Shown here: positions 49,201-62,742 of the stretch, piece after piece
Layout of the letters: every line of letters begins with the position of its first letter
Numbering within the stretch: position 1 is the stretch's first letter
Assembly: GCA_032718475.1 (NCBI GenBank)
Contig: JAUCBJ010006914.1
Coordinates: forward strand, 1-64,000
DNA from: Nemertoderma westbladi
Lineage: Eukaryota; Animalia; Xenacoelomorpha
Reading direction: 5' to 3'
DNA length: 64,000 bases
Position numbers and translations under genes: made by a program
Notes under the pieces: generated by a model
What the model saw: only the letters and a program-made list of their open reading frames with translations
Told to the model about the DNA's origin: nothing
The model's database searches: none

Positions 49201-49747
49201 GTCTCAAAAAAAGTGCCAAAAGTAGGGTTAAAAAATGGTGCTATAACTCGAAAAGTACCCAATATTTTTGAAAACGGTTTTCACTACTAGGAAGACAATA
49301 GATTTTTAGGAAAAGTCTTAAAATTTCAGATTCCCAACTGCGTTTGTTTTAGAATTATAATAAAAAAACCACGGCGGGGTCATTCTAAAAACTGATAGTG
49401 TGGCATTGTTGGCTAGAATTAGTAGGTATTTCACTATGCTGAATCGAATGTAATTATATTCCATTTCCTAAAATTGAACTGGATGCTATTTTTCGTGCAA
49501 CTAAGAAGTGGGCGTGGCACTTCAAATTTTGAAAAATACCCCCATCTTTTGATTTCAACTCGTTTTTATAGGTTTTCTGGACTGCTGAATCGATTGAAAA
49601 TATTATCGAAGCCTGGCGCCACCTAGCGAGGTATGGCAATACTGCTTTTTACCGAATGTATATATAGTGCAATTTAAATCATAATTATCAGACTCGGTAT
49701 TATTTTACATACCCCACGTTGGGTAGCTAATAGGCCATACTTTTCAG

Positions 49748-49958
49748 CACTACACTACACTACACTACACTACACTACACTACACTACACTACACTACAC
49801 TACACTACACTACACTACACTACACTACACTACACTACACTACACTACACTACACTACACTACACTACACTACACTACACTACACTACACTTCACTACAC
49901 TACACTACACTACACTACACTACACTACACTACACTACACTACACTACACTACACTAC
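49748..49958. repeat. (CACTA)n microsatellite, ~42 units
   Basis: Direct observation. One variant unit near 49891. Confidence 0.97.
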
Positions 49959-50121
49959 TTACTGACTTCCGAATCCATGATCCCAGGTAACAGAAGTCAT
50001 CCACATGCTCAAGCATACCATCTTTTGAGTTTATGCTCATCCGATCAAAGTTAACTGTCAACATTTTGGTCTTTCTTGTTAGCTTATCCAATTCCGCTAA
50101 CCTACCCCATAAAGTGAGCCG

Positions 50122-50638
50122 TTAAGCAATATTGGGAACACGAGGTTGATTACCAATATCAACCTCGTATCACCCAACAAAGTGGGAAGGAGAAAATACA
50201 CACACACACGCACAATAAGGGTCAGGGGTTACACCCTTGAAAGAGAGAGAATAGCAGGGGCGAAGGGAAGCACTTCAGGGGGGGCAAAGGGCGACAACAG
50301 GGTTATTAGCCAATGGGGGGAAGGCACCGGCTGGGTAACGTAACTTGGCCAACCGTGCAATATATATTATCAGTGCAGTAATCATTTCGTTCACTTATAG
50401 TAAGTCAGCTTAGCTAGGGTAGTACCGGAACTTCAATTACTGTCTTCGTATACCATCCGTGTATCCAATATCATATCATATACCTTGTGTCATCGTTTAT
50501 ATATCTTATATCATATCCTTACTATTATACCCAGAAGACTATATACAGCGATCAATAACTCTCTTTACCTTTCACACACGGCGGGGACGCGTAGATTGAA
50601 AACCGGATAAACTGGGATCCTTCATAGATCCCGTCACA
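50122..50638 (+). repeat. A2 5' LTR (first ~45 bp missing)
   Basis: TTAAGCAATATTGGGA...CCAATGGGGGGAAGGCA...ACCGGATAAAC.GGGATCC...GATCCCGTCACA aligns with 14497-15031. Confidence 0.78.
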
Positions 50639-50698
50639 GTAATTTAATCCAAACTGCCGCCCTAGTTAAACAGCCCAAACTGACTGCCAGATACCAAG

Positions 50699-53600
50699 AT
50701 GAGTCGAACAGGAGAGACGACACCGCCGCGGACCCTGGACGGAGACCTAACGATCCGCGAGGCCGCGACCAGACTGTATAGACCCGCGACGCCGGACCCA
50801 TCGGTAACGGGAGATCCGGCAATCCAAGATGAGGGGGGCCGTCTACAACCGGAGAGCGAGTTGAGAGAAAGGAGAGACGAGTCGGGAGAAGAGAAAGACG
50901 AGTCGATGGGGAGCGGGGGTCGACGTACCGATGTCGCCGGCCAGCCACATGCCGAGGGCGACAGACGGTCCACCGGAACGGTGACGGTGGAACCGACGGT
51001 ACGACGCCGAACCCGGAGAGATGGAGGAGATGTCGGCGATGAGGACATCGGGGTCAGCGATCGACTTCGACGGGCCTACAACGCGACCCGGAAGATACTC
51101 AAAGAGGCCAAAGGAGGGGCGAAGATAGATGAGGTAAAGTTGAAGAAAAGATTAGGTGAGTCGAACGAACATTTCAACTATCTAATGTGCTTTGGACAGA
51201 GAGAACTAGCCGAGGACAGAGCGAAAGGGGTTGCCAGCGAACTGTCTGATCTATGGGAGTGTATGAGTATGCGGGCTAGTGTAGTGTACATAGGGCCATA
51301 CTTAGTCGATGCCCGGGGGATAAAATTAGTGGGTTGGAGGAGACCGCAGGAGGGCGAATCCGAGGTTAACCCCAAGGATTCCGTCTCGTCGGTCGGAGGA
51401 AGTTCCGGGAGGCGGGGGAAAGTTAGTAGGACGGGAAGGCGGAGGGAATCCGTTGCAACTGATAAGTCTGCTACATCCTCCGCAAAAGAAAGACGGGTGA
51501 TGGAATTAAATTTGGCTTACCAAGTCGATCTAGCGGCGCAAGACCAGAGAGAAATAGAGAGACAGTTAGAGGAGGGGAAAGCGCTATTAGAGAAGGAAAT
51601 GGAACTGGTTAGGGAGACCGGAGAGAGGGCCGAGAAGGCCGCGAGAAGCTTTAGGGAGTGTGAGGAAATAGGGAGGAAGGAACAAGAGGAGCGTGAAGCG
51701 AGAGACCAGAGTGAACGTAAAGAGCGTGAGGCGGAACGTAAAGAGCGTGAGGCGGAACGTAAGGAGCGTGAGGCGGAAAGCAAAGAGCGTGAGGTGGCGA
51801 GGGAGGCAAGACGAATGCAGGGAGCCGCGAGAGAGAGGGAATTGGCCGAGCAAAGCGCGCGGGAGAATAAGGAGAGAATGGCAGAGGAGACGCGTGTACG
51901 GGAGGTTTTAAATGCCCGTCGGAGGGAGCTTATTCAGTACCAAGCCATAAAGAAACACAAACTGAAACTGGCGCAAATGGGGTTGTCAGAGAGTGACGCT
52001 GGCTCGACTGCTTTCGAGGGGCCAAGGGTCGTGGAAACATTTATTAATACCCCACTTACAGGAACCGCATGACAAACCCGAGAATGGTGTGACCGTACAG
52101 GCGGGTGGGGGGGGGGGGGGTAATAATAATACTACAGTAGACGACGTTAATATTAATAGTACCATATTAGATAATCCTAACCAAACCTTTATTCCAGGAA
52201 ATATTTTACCTAGTAGTCTAGTAGTAATTTAAACTTAAATGCATTTAATCCAAATAATTTAAATAATGATCCAAACCCGAATTTGCAAAATAATCCAAAT
52301 AATGTACCCACGCAAAATAATTCAAATAATCCTATCTCGAACGAACAAAATAATTCTGTTTCTAATTTTGGTGCACAAAATAATTTAGGTGAACTAGAGG
52401 GCCAAATTGGCGACAACCACAGTGGTGCTATTAACGTGAACGTGTCGGACATACACAACCCGGCAAAAGGGGGCCTGGTAGGCCACGTAGTTGGTAGGCA
52501 GGAAGTGGCGGGGTTAAGCCAACCCGACGGGGGCCTGGTAGGCCACGTAGTTGGTAGGCAGGAGGTAGCGGGGTTGAACCAACCTGAGGTGGGCCTGGTA
52601 GGCCACGCAGTAGTAGAGAGAGAGGCGGGGGTGAATGGACCCAGCCGTAGTAGAGACAGTGCGTCGACTAGAGAGGGGTGTAGAGGTGAAGTGAGAGATA
52701 GTGAAGTGAAATGTGGCGAGTGGGGGGGGGGGGGTACGGAGCGCCCCATCACGGAAAATTAGTGACGAGAAAAGGGGGGTGGAGAATGTCCGACAGGAGG
52801 GACGCAGAAGTGTGGTAGGAGATGGTGAAGTTAGATGCGGCGGGTGGGGGGGGCTACGGGCGCCCCACCACAACAGATTAGTAGCGAGAGGGGGGGGGGG
52901 GGGCAGAGAGTGTCCCACAGGCGTCGGCGGATAATGCGCGGGTCGAGCTAGGTAAACCGCAACACCCGGCGACAGAGAGTAATAGGGGGATTGCGAGTAT
53001 CCCCAGCGACGTGCGATCGAGCAGAGAGAGGCAGGTTGACGTCGCGAGAGGGCAGACGAAGCGTCGAGCCCGATCAGAAGAGGGAAGAAGAACAGTGGAG
53101 TTTAACCGGGAGATGGAGGAGAGATCTCATGAGCGGGAATACTGCACTGGAGAGAGAAGAAGAGAAGATAGTAGGAGAAGTGTCGCCGCGAACGATAGGA
53201 GAGCGAGGACGGATAGCGAGCCATCGATAGTCGAGATGGGAACGGAGAGTCGGTGGGGTCGAACTTCGGGAGATTGCCGTCGCCCCGGAGAAGCGCGACC
53301 TGACGAGGCGCACCACGCGCCGATAGGGGGGTACACGATGTACCGACATGAGGACGAGAGTAGTGGAGGGGGTCGAAGAGAAACTTTCCGGCGGAATATA
53401 GCTACCGATCGAGAATACGGTAGCCGCGGGGAGGATTATTCGAGAAGATTAAACTTCGATCCCGAGCGGCACATACAGACTGTAGGACATACTGTAGGCC
53501 TTACTGCACATACCATAGGTCATGCTGACAGGAATAATGTAGGCGATAGGATAGCGCGGACGACGGGATTAAACCCGGAAGTCGCGGAGTACATACCGGC

Positions 53601-56513
53601 AGGTAGGCCAGGAGCTGATAGGCCTATACCGGTACCAGCACAGCAGTATGACTACAGCATGCAAGGGCATAACATATACCCAGGGGAGGGGGGAATGATT
53701 GCGGATAGGTGCATGGGCCCCAATATATTAACATCAACCCCAGTACCAAGCATACCGGTGGGGGGGGGGGGGGACAGGGTGACATTCCCCCATCACAATA
53801 TCAACAATATACCCCGATAGGAGCAAGAACAACGAGACCCTTGGATGAAAACAGATCATGCGACACAGAAATATGGAGGGGGCCGCTACCCCCAATGATA
53901 TACCCAAGCCAAAGGAAGGTAGAAAATAGGACGGACGGACCACACGCAATAGGAGAAACTATACAACATCCATCGAACCCATTGGAAGCGCAGGCGATGG
54001 GGATGGCCACGTTGATCGATGCTTTAAAAACTAGGATCGAGTTACCACCCGTGGAACCGTTTAAATTCGATGGGAGTAGGCCGGAAGAATATCTGCAGTT
54101 TCGGCGCATGTATAGTAACAAAATACTAACAAAGAACTTGACGCAGGCGGAGTGCCTAAAATATCTGCAAGTATATACAGGAGGCCCAGCATACGACATC
54201 GTGAGGCAATACCAGGGTATAGAGGGCAGTTTCACGATGGCATGGCGGGCATTGGACAGGGAATACGGGCACCCGGACAAGATCATCCGGCAAACCCTGA
54301 GGGGCATAACATCGGGTGGCCTATAGGATAATCCCGTTAGCATAAAGACATTCGCTAACAAAGTCGAGAAGGCGCTAATCATGCTAAAGACGCTAGACGC
54401 GCCATACGAATCAACACATCCAACAACATCACCACGATATCGCAGGCACTACTGATGTGGCTGCGCAACAAGTGGAGGAAGATCGCTTTCTCCACTCGAG
54501 ATAGGAAGGGTGCGGAACCGGGTTTAGAAGAAATGTCGAGCTTCTTGAACTACGAAGCCGAATTAATAACCGACCCAGTCTATAGTGAGGACAGCCTGGG
54601 AAAGGGACCAAGAACTGACTACCATAGACCGAAACCAAAACAAAACTCGTCAAACGCATTACCAAAGCTCAGGCAATCATTGCCATACGCAGCGACGCAG
54701 GGGACTGCAAGTCCACAGGTAGCCGGGGGGTAAGACCACATCATGGAGCAGACAGGGGAAAGATAACAACACAAATAAATATAACCCCAGTACGCCCAGT
54801 AGGCCGAACCCAAACAATAAGAATAGTAGGGACTTTGGTACAAATGCAGCTGCGATACGCGATGCACTGTACAAGGACGGCTATGACCCAAAGAGCAAAT
54901 GCCAGCTACATACAAATGCGCTTCATCAAACCATGAACTGCAGGTACTGGCAAGTGCTACCCAGGGAAGATCAGGTAGAGTACGCGGCGAGGAACGAGAT
55001 CTGCTCGCGATGTGTCATGAGTGGACATAGAGCTAGGCAATGCAAGGAGACACCAATTAAGTTCGGTCAAAGGAAAGGCCAAACGATGGCAACGAGCACA
55101 GTAGGGGCGAAAAGGAGAGGAACGGTGCTACTTGGGGTAGTACCAGTGCGAGTGATTGGAGAAGGCAACCGATCAGTAACCACATTGATGCTGGTCGATA
55201 GTGGAGCTGCCTTCACATTAATTGAAAATTGGGTGGCCGAAGAGATAGGATTGAGAACGAGGCCAAGTAGAATGGCGGTAACAACAATCTCTAGCAAAGA
55301 TGAGGTCCTGGAGATGAGGAGCGGACGGTGCACGATTGCAGCGGTGGCACCGGGATGCGACTACGGGGCGACCATCGACCCAATCCAAGTGATAGAGTCA
55401 ATAAATATCAATGCCAGGTGGCCAACCAACATCGAGGTCGAACAATATAAATTCCTGGATGATATCGACTTCTCAATCCCAGAGGTGGACGTTAGGAAGG
55501 TATCCTCATAGTAGGAATGGACTGCCCGACGGCCCACAAAAGAATGCAAACGGTCTTCGGCGAAGACAGGCAGTGTGATCCGGTGGCGATATTGACGCCG
55601 TTCGGGTGGACGCTGAGTGGCCAAATTAAGAGTAAGATACCATTTAGGATGTCGGAGACATCGGGATGCATGTTCGCGGGAACTATGCAGGAAATGGGGG
55701 ATGAGGGAGCGGAGGAACAGCTCAAGAGACTGCTCAGGCAAGATTTTGAGGGACTAAAGGAAACCGGGGTCGGAACCTCGGTGGAAGACAAGCAGGCTCA
55801 GCAGAGCGTAGAGGAGTCTATGAGATGCGATGAGGGGCGGTATACCATAGGAATGGTATGGAAGCTACCAAAACTACCGCTGCCCGATAATAAAGCAATG
55901 GTACTCACGAGGCTTCGTAAGTTGAAACAGACGTTAAAACGGAGCCCCGAAAAGAATGAGTACATTCATAAAACAATCAGAAAGTACGTCGAGAAGGGAT
56001 GGGCCGTGGAGTTACCGGTCGACGTACCAAACACAGACAGGACATATTACCTGCCACTCCACGTGGCTTTAGATCCGAAGAAAGGTAAACTGCGGATGGT
56101 AGTGCAAAGACCGACGGGAAATGCCTAAACGACTATCTGCTAGAGGGTCCCAACATATACAACTCTGTGATAGAGGTCCTACTCAGATTCAGGAATGGAA
56201 AACACGCCTTCACCTGTGACATAGAAGGCATGTTCAACCAAGTCCGTGTGATGGGAGAGGATAGCGACAGTCAACGCTTCCTATGGTGCGACGGCGACGT
56301 GGAACCGTCGACAATACCGATGTACAAGATGATAGTACAGAATATGGGAGCCAAGTCGTCTTCTTTCACGACGACTATGGCCGTAAGAGACACAGTAAAG
56401 GGAAAGGAAGATAAGTACAGCACTAGAGCCATCGATATGATTCGACGCGGCTTCTACGTAGACGACGGGATGGAATCTGCAAACACGGTTAAGGAGCTAT
56501 TGGACACAGGACG
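50699..56513 (+). pseudogene. A2 gag-pol, 5' part (long gag with EREAERK coiled-coil repeats and N-rich tract, protease, RT through YVDD)
   Basis: ORF pieces 50699-52072 to 56167-56532, colinear with A1. LMLVDSGA and GFYVDDG. Frameshifts, several of them at poly-G runs. Confidence 0.88.
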
Positions 56514-57710
56514 TGTAAAGGCTTTTGCGTAATTAGCCGGTTATTTTCCCCGTAAAGTACTCTGTAGTTGGTTTAACAGGCATAAAAGGCCGTGTCCTTA
56601 CTGTACTGTTGTTTTAGAGGACATAAAAGCCATTTCTTCTGTATGTGTACTTTAGCGGACATGATTAGCAATTTTATGACGCAATGCGCCAAATCCTCTG
56701 TAAACAGTGTAGCTACCATGACGACGGCTAACAGCTGATGCTGTATACGTGGACCTTTTTCTTTGTTCTCTGTTCCTTCTTTGTTCGGTCGACCAATCAG
56801 AGCGTTTTTTGCCTCTGTGTTAGAGATTGTATATAGAAACTCGTGGAGTTGAGTCAGTATGTGATTTGTCCACAGCCTACAACACCGGCTTTGGAATCTC
56901 CGTGTTTCAGTCTTTAGTCCAACATTAGTAGGCTTAATTATAGAACGTATATCCGTTATCATACATACATAACTCACTTAACTTAACTAATCATACCATA
57001 CTGACATACTTAACAAAGCGATCATATCAATTTATACCTTAACATTTTGCTGCTTTTACTGTCGGTTATTCATTATATTTGTTGATGGAATATTATATTT
57101 GGAATACTGATAAATAATCAGACACCCCAATCTTCTTGATATACTAAAGGTTAGAGAGACCGGTTACATATAACAATTGCGACTTACATTAAGTGGTTTG
57201 AAGTGAATCTAATGCTATTTTATAGGCCCTACACGTATTGTCTGTTGTTCTCCTTATATGTGACTAAAATTAGTGAAGGTCGGCAGATTGGTGTGCAGCA
57301 TTGTGCAGTATTGTGTATGATCGTGATTGATAACGAAGCATCTCCTAAAGAATGCGCCATATACGTGAATCTATAGCCATCCCATTGTGTCTGGTTTAAG
57401 TCATAACTCTGTTTATATATTTAGAGCGCCACGTCCTAAAGGAACTGTTAATATTTCCCGAAAGTGAATAATATTTGTCAGAGATTATATATATTACGAT
57501 CAGTCGAATAATACAGTAGGCCTACCCCGCAATACGGTTAGGCTCCCGAATCCAGTCTCCCGGGTATATCCAGCGGGTGAATGATCGCGCATAGACTGGC
57601 TTCGGCTAATGTAGTGTATCAAATACTTGTCATAGGCTAAAGACGATCTATTATCTAGAAGACATCCCAATTTGGCAGGTTAAACTGCTAAAGGTCTGAA
57701 AGCGCGAACA
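56514..57710 (+). repeat. B3 5' LTR
   Basis: Homologous to the B1/B2 LTRs. 57391-57710 is duplicated at 61435-61754. Confidence 0.92.
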
Positions 57711-57722
57711 ATAACGGATATA
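57711..57722 (+). promoter_or_regulatory. B3 non-tRNA PBS ATAACGGATATA, complementary to LTR site 56948-56959
   Basis: Its reverse complement TATATCCGTTAT occurs at 56948-56959. Confidence 0.75.
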
Positions 57723-60147
57723 AAGTTCGGATTGCAGGGTAGGCAATAAATACAGTTTAATATTGTTCTGGTAAGAACAATAACAGATATATACGTACAA
57801 TCAGAAGATATATTTGTCTATTGTTCTGGTAAGAACAATAACAGATATAGCTTCTGTATTGCAGTAGGCAATAACGCTGAAGTACCGGACAACCGGTACC
57901 TAGTAGGCCTGACTACCTAACCACCCGGACCGGTACCTACAGCAGTACAGGTACAGCAGTATTATTCGATTGTGAAATTGTATACCGGTAGGCTGTTTAA
58001 GAGATTAGGGACTGTACACCCCTTGTTTCTTTTGGAGCTTACTTATTTCTGTCAGTTTTATTTATTTGTAGGCCAGTATTGAGCAGAAGGCGTGTAAGCC
58101 TGCTCAGATTGTACAGATAATTTGTAGGCTGGACTGTTGTCTGACTGTGGTTAAGTCTGAAGAGACTGTAGTGTGTGTAGAGCATATGTCCGAAAAAGTA
58201 CTAGTTAGGAAAGTAGGGGCTGCCAGTGCTGTGAGGTGAACCCCCACGAAAGAATAAGTCGTACTACTCGGTTAGAACGCATACTAACTAACCATTTCGG
58301 AGTCTGTATATACTGTAGTTTATTTAGGCTTGATAGTAGTCTGTCAGCGTTTGGTCTGTACCTTGTTTGTGTAGTCTGTACGGGTAGCGTAATATTTCTT
58401 ACTTAGATAATTTGTAGGCTGGATTTTGTCTGGCTGTTGTTGGGTCTTGAGAGATTTCGGTGTGTGTAGAGTGTATGTCGTCCGATAAAGTGCCAGTTGG
58501 GAACGTAGGGGCTTCCAGAGCTGTGAGGTAAACCCCCTCGAAAGAATAAGTCGTACTACTCGGTTAGAACGCATACTAACTAACCATTTCGGAGTCTGCA
58601 TATACCGTAGTTTGTTTGGGCTTGATAGTAGTCTGTCATCATTTGGTCTGCATTTTGTTTGAGTAGTCTGTACGCGCAGCGTAATATTTATTATTCAGAG
58701 TTTATGCGATTATTCGCAACATTCATTCCCCAAGTTTATTCCTACAGTAATTGTGCTTGTTATATATACCATTACAGTTAAACTAACCCCGGTACTACAT
58801 CAGGGCTGCTTGGCGTAGGTAAAGACTGGAGATTTTATGCTTTGGTCACTCCGGCAGATACCGTGGTTCTTTTAGCTGTTCAAGTATTTCTAACTGCTAG
58901 TTATTTGTTGTATAAGTACTTGTACCTAATTTAGGGTTTAGTGTACAGTGCTTTCCGAAGGCAATTAGTGTGTAGGCAGTATATTTGTGTTGTAAAGTGG
59001 TTAATAGGCACGTTGGTTCTGGTAGACCGCGGTAATTAACTTCTAGGTAGGAACACTCCGTGATACATAACGTAGTACTTATAGCGATACGGCTATAAGT
59101 CGTCAGACGGTGGTATTTTTCTATCTGGACAACGCAGTATATTTACTACTACTTATTATTTTCAAATACCGAAGTAACCTGTCCGTTGTAATAACCAGAT
59201 ATTCTAACCCTTTGTTAGGCTGGTTAGTAGACTTCTTGTAAAATTACCCTAAAAATTCGTACTTGTAATTTTTGTGTTTATTTAGAGATTGTAATCTCAC
59301 CCGAATTGTACGTAATTTGTAGTATTAAGTAACTTAGGTAAATTATAATTATTTGTTTTAGTGTCCAACAAGTAGCACTCTACTGAGAGCGCACAGCTTC
59401 TGTGTAGTGACTCCCCCCAGAAATAATAACATTTATTTCAAATATTGACAAAAACCCATTATAACGGGTATATATATTATAAATCAACTCAAACCGATTT
59501 ATAAAATAGTAGGCCTGCCATACAACAATTAGGTCTCAATATCAGTTGGACTACTGCTTAAATAACGGTAATCAAGTAAAGCAAAGTAACCAAGTAACCC
59601 CTGAAATTTCAGAAATTCAATTATTCTAAAATAATTGACATACCGGTATTTACAATAGGCTTATTATATTTATTTCTATAAATTTTAGGCTGAAATTATA
59701 CCGGTATTCTGTAATTAATTCTAGTCTGTAATTATACTTATATATATACATTATAAGTGTAAGCTGTATACCGGTATTCACGATAGGCCTATTATATATT
59801 TATAAATTTAGGCTGAAATTATACCGGTATTCTGTAATTAATTCTAGTTAATAATTATACTCATATATACTATAAGTGTAAACTGCATACCGGTATCCAC
59901 GATAGGCCTATTATATATTTATATATATTTGTGCTGGAATTATATACCGGTATTCTGTGACAAATCTAGTCTGTGACAATACTTATATATATACTATAAG
60001 CATACCGGTATTCTAATATATTATATATATATTACGCTACACTGAGTAGCAGTATCAGTAATTAATTACTAGGCTAACAGTGATACTGAATTACTAGGCT
60101 TGCTTAAACTGTAATATAGCAGTAGGCATTCAACTGTACAAACCAAC

Positions 60148-61437
60148 ATGTCTGACACAAAGCAAAACCTGTCAGACAGTCTTCTAGATACAACCATATG
60201 TGACCCAGACAGGAGTGTGGAACGAGTAGGACCGAAGTTCAATTCACCTCCTACTGTAAGAAAGATCATCCCTCCCGTAGTAATATCAGACCCTAGGCTA
60301 GTCCAACATCGTAGGTCTATCATAGGCACTCGAGCTCAGGTCAAGCGGGACCAAGAAGCAGCGGAACCGCAACAACCCGCGAGCCAAGAACTTATTTCTC
60401 AACGGCCCGACAGCTCCAGTAGTGAGGATACTGCAGAGCTGACACCCGAGCGTGGAGTAAAGATGATGGATGCGGTTTATTCGGATCCCCTTCTCATCCT
60501 TCCTGCAGCCGTACTCACTAGGTTATTGATTGCGGTGGAAGAACACCAGATCGATTGGGCGAGAAATAAGCGATCGACTAAAGATAGTTATGCGGGATAC
60601 ACAAGGGAAGAACTGAAGTCTATTGTCGAGTCGCAATGGAACTTCCCCAGACCCGGACTCCCGTTTGATTTATCAGAAGCTGCCTGGGAAGACATACACA
60701 GGATGGGAGTAACAAAGAAACCATCGATCCAGCTGTGTGGAAGAGGTCCGCAGCAGGATACGCACAGGGATTCTTCAGCTCCATGGAGCGATTAAAAGAA
60801 CAACTGTTTCAACAACCCCAAGGACCTCAAGAGCAGGGACAGCTGCTTTATCAAGTTAGAGAAAGAATTCTACGAATCAGGCTAATCTTATCGGCCTTTG
60901 AGGAGGCTTCTAAAAGAAGACAAGACACGTCGTTGCAAGTTGCCGTAAAGACTTGGTTTCAACGGGTGAGTCTCCAGGTTCAAGGAACAGCTCAGTGGAA
61001 ATCTCAGTTAGCTGGGCGCTCAACCCATGGAGAATCAACAGACGCTACTTTTTCACAAGTGGAAAGTGAAGCGACGGCAGAGAAACCGCATAAGAGGGAT
61101 GCCATTGACATCTATCTGTCAGACTATCAACGTTTTTTAGGTGATGAAGAGTTGAGGAGAAGGCTAGATGGACTTAGCCCTAATAGTGAAGGAACCCAGC
61201 GTGTGTTGGACGCCATCGATGTGGATATGAGAGCTGCGAACCAAGCTAAATTTGATGAACAACTCCGCATCGCTAGAGTCCAAGAAGAACAAGTAAAGAA
61301 AAAACGTATAGAAGACAGAAAGATAGCAGCAGCGGCAGCAGCGGAAGCAGAAGCAGAAAGAAAGGCGGCAGAAGCAGCGGCAGAGGCAAAAGCGGCAGCG
61401 GCAGAAGCAGCGGCAGAGGCAAAAGCGGCAGCAGCTG
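60148..61437 (+). pseudogene. B3 gag N-terminal part
   Basis: MSDTKQNLSD... colinear with B1/B2. Frameshift near 60720. Ends in the AAAEAK repeat at the deletion junction. Confidence 0.88.
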
Positions 61438-61754
61438 GTTTAAGTCATAACTCTGTTTATTTATTTAGAGCGCCACATCCTAAAGGAACTGTTAATATTT
61501 CACGAAAGTGAATAATATTTGTCAGAGATTATATATATTACGATCAGTCGAATAATACAGTAGGCCTACCCCGCAATACGGTTAGGCTCCCGAATCCAGT
61601 CTCCCGGGTATATCCAGCGGGTGAATGATCGCGCATAGACTGGCTTCGGCTAATGTAGTGTATCAAATACTTGTCATAGGCTAAAGACGATCTATTATCT
61701 AGAAGACATCCCAATTTGGCAGGTAAAACTGCTAAAGGTCTGAAAGCGCGAACA
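61435..61754 (+). repeat. B3 truncated 3' LTR
   Basis: Near-identical to 57391-57710. Confidence 0.9.
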
Positions 61755-62740
61755 GGACGCGAGGTTCGCGACATCCTTAAAGGATCCGGCTTCAACCTAA
61801 CCAAATTCCAATCCAGTTCGAAGGAACTTATCGAGGCGATAAGAGATGAGAGACCAGGATCGACCATGGATAATCCCACAACAGCCAAGGGGCAGGACAT
61901 GGCGAACAAGAGAATAGAGTCTCAACAGAAGGCACTGGGAATCGTGTGGAACAGAGAAACGGATGAACTGAAGTACCAGTTGAGTCAGGAGGGCGCAGAT
62001 ATCCACACAAAAAGGGGTTATGTGTCATACATAGCAAGGATATACGATCCCCTAGGCCTAGCATCCCCACTACTAGTCACGGGGAAACAGATACTCAAGA
62101 AAGTATACAAGCTAAAGGACGAGTGGGACGCAGAGGTCCTGGAAGAAATCAGAAAGCAGTGGCATAAGCGGACAGAGAGCCTGGAGCAGATGGGAACATA
62201 CAGCATGCCAAGAGTGTATTTCCCGGATGGGGACATGACGAATCTGGACTTACACATGTTCTCCGATGCGTCGTTGGAGGCATACGGAGCGGCACTCTAT
62301 TTAGTACAACGAGAGGGGGCTCACAAGCCCAGACTCGCCTTCAGCAAAGCGAAGTCAATGCCACCAGATTCAGCATCAGTTCCCAAACTATAATTGACAG
62401 CTGCGAGACTAGGAGTTAGGGCTACAGCCTACCTAATGGATGCTATTCCCAACATAGTGGAGACGCACTACTGGACGGATTCCATGGTAGTGCTTGGTTG
62501 GCTACATAACGAAAGGACGAGATACCCTATATTCATTGCGAATAGGGTGGACGAAATAAGGGCGACCACAGAACTGGAAAGGTGGCACTACTGCCCAACA
62601 GACGAGAACCCAGCGAACTTGTTATCGAGGGGCGTGGTACGCCACACTTTCTTGAAGAAAGAAGTATTGTGGCAACACGGGCCACAGTTTCTGAGTGATA
62701 GGGAGGCCTGGCCGCCGTTGAGAAAGGTGGACCCGGGCTC
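61755..62740 (+). pseudogene. A2 pol continuation: RT C-terminus and RNase H (peptidase A17-like)
   Basis: GFNLTKF, KALGIVWN, IYDPLG, LHMFSDAS, YWTDSM, WHYCPTDENPANLLSRG, WQHGPQFL. Confidence 0.9.
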
Positions 62741-62742
62741 AT

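Larger units (their letters stand above)
56514..61754 (+). mobile_element. BEL/Pao family B copy B3 (large internal deletion), nested in the A2 RT
   Basis: TGTAAAGG...GCGCGAACA termini. TSD GGACG at 56509-56513 and 61755-61759. Gag is joined at ~61436 to the last ~320 bp of the 3' LTR. Confidence 0.93.
50122..62740 (+). mobile_element. BEL/Pao family A copy A2 (5' LTR through RNase H; interrupted by B3; 3'-truncated at microsatellite)
   Basis: LTR homologous to the A1 LTR. Gag starts at 50699. The pol frame is continuous across the B3 insertion (KELLDTGR|EVRDILKGSGFNLTKF). Confidence 0.9.

Noticed and set aside
49748-49958. CACTA-superfamily transposon terminus
   Set aside because: It is a pure tandem microsatellite with no matching TAGTG end or 3-bp TSD.
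52100-53775. Programmed frameshifting at poly-G runs in A2 gag
   Set aside because: Homopolymer length variation from slippage or sequencing error explains the frame breaks more simply, and the copy has other disabling mutations.
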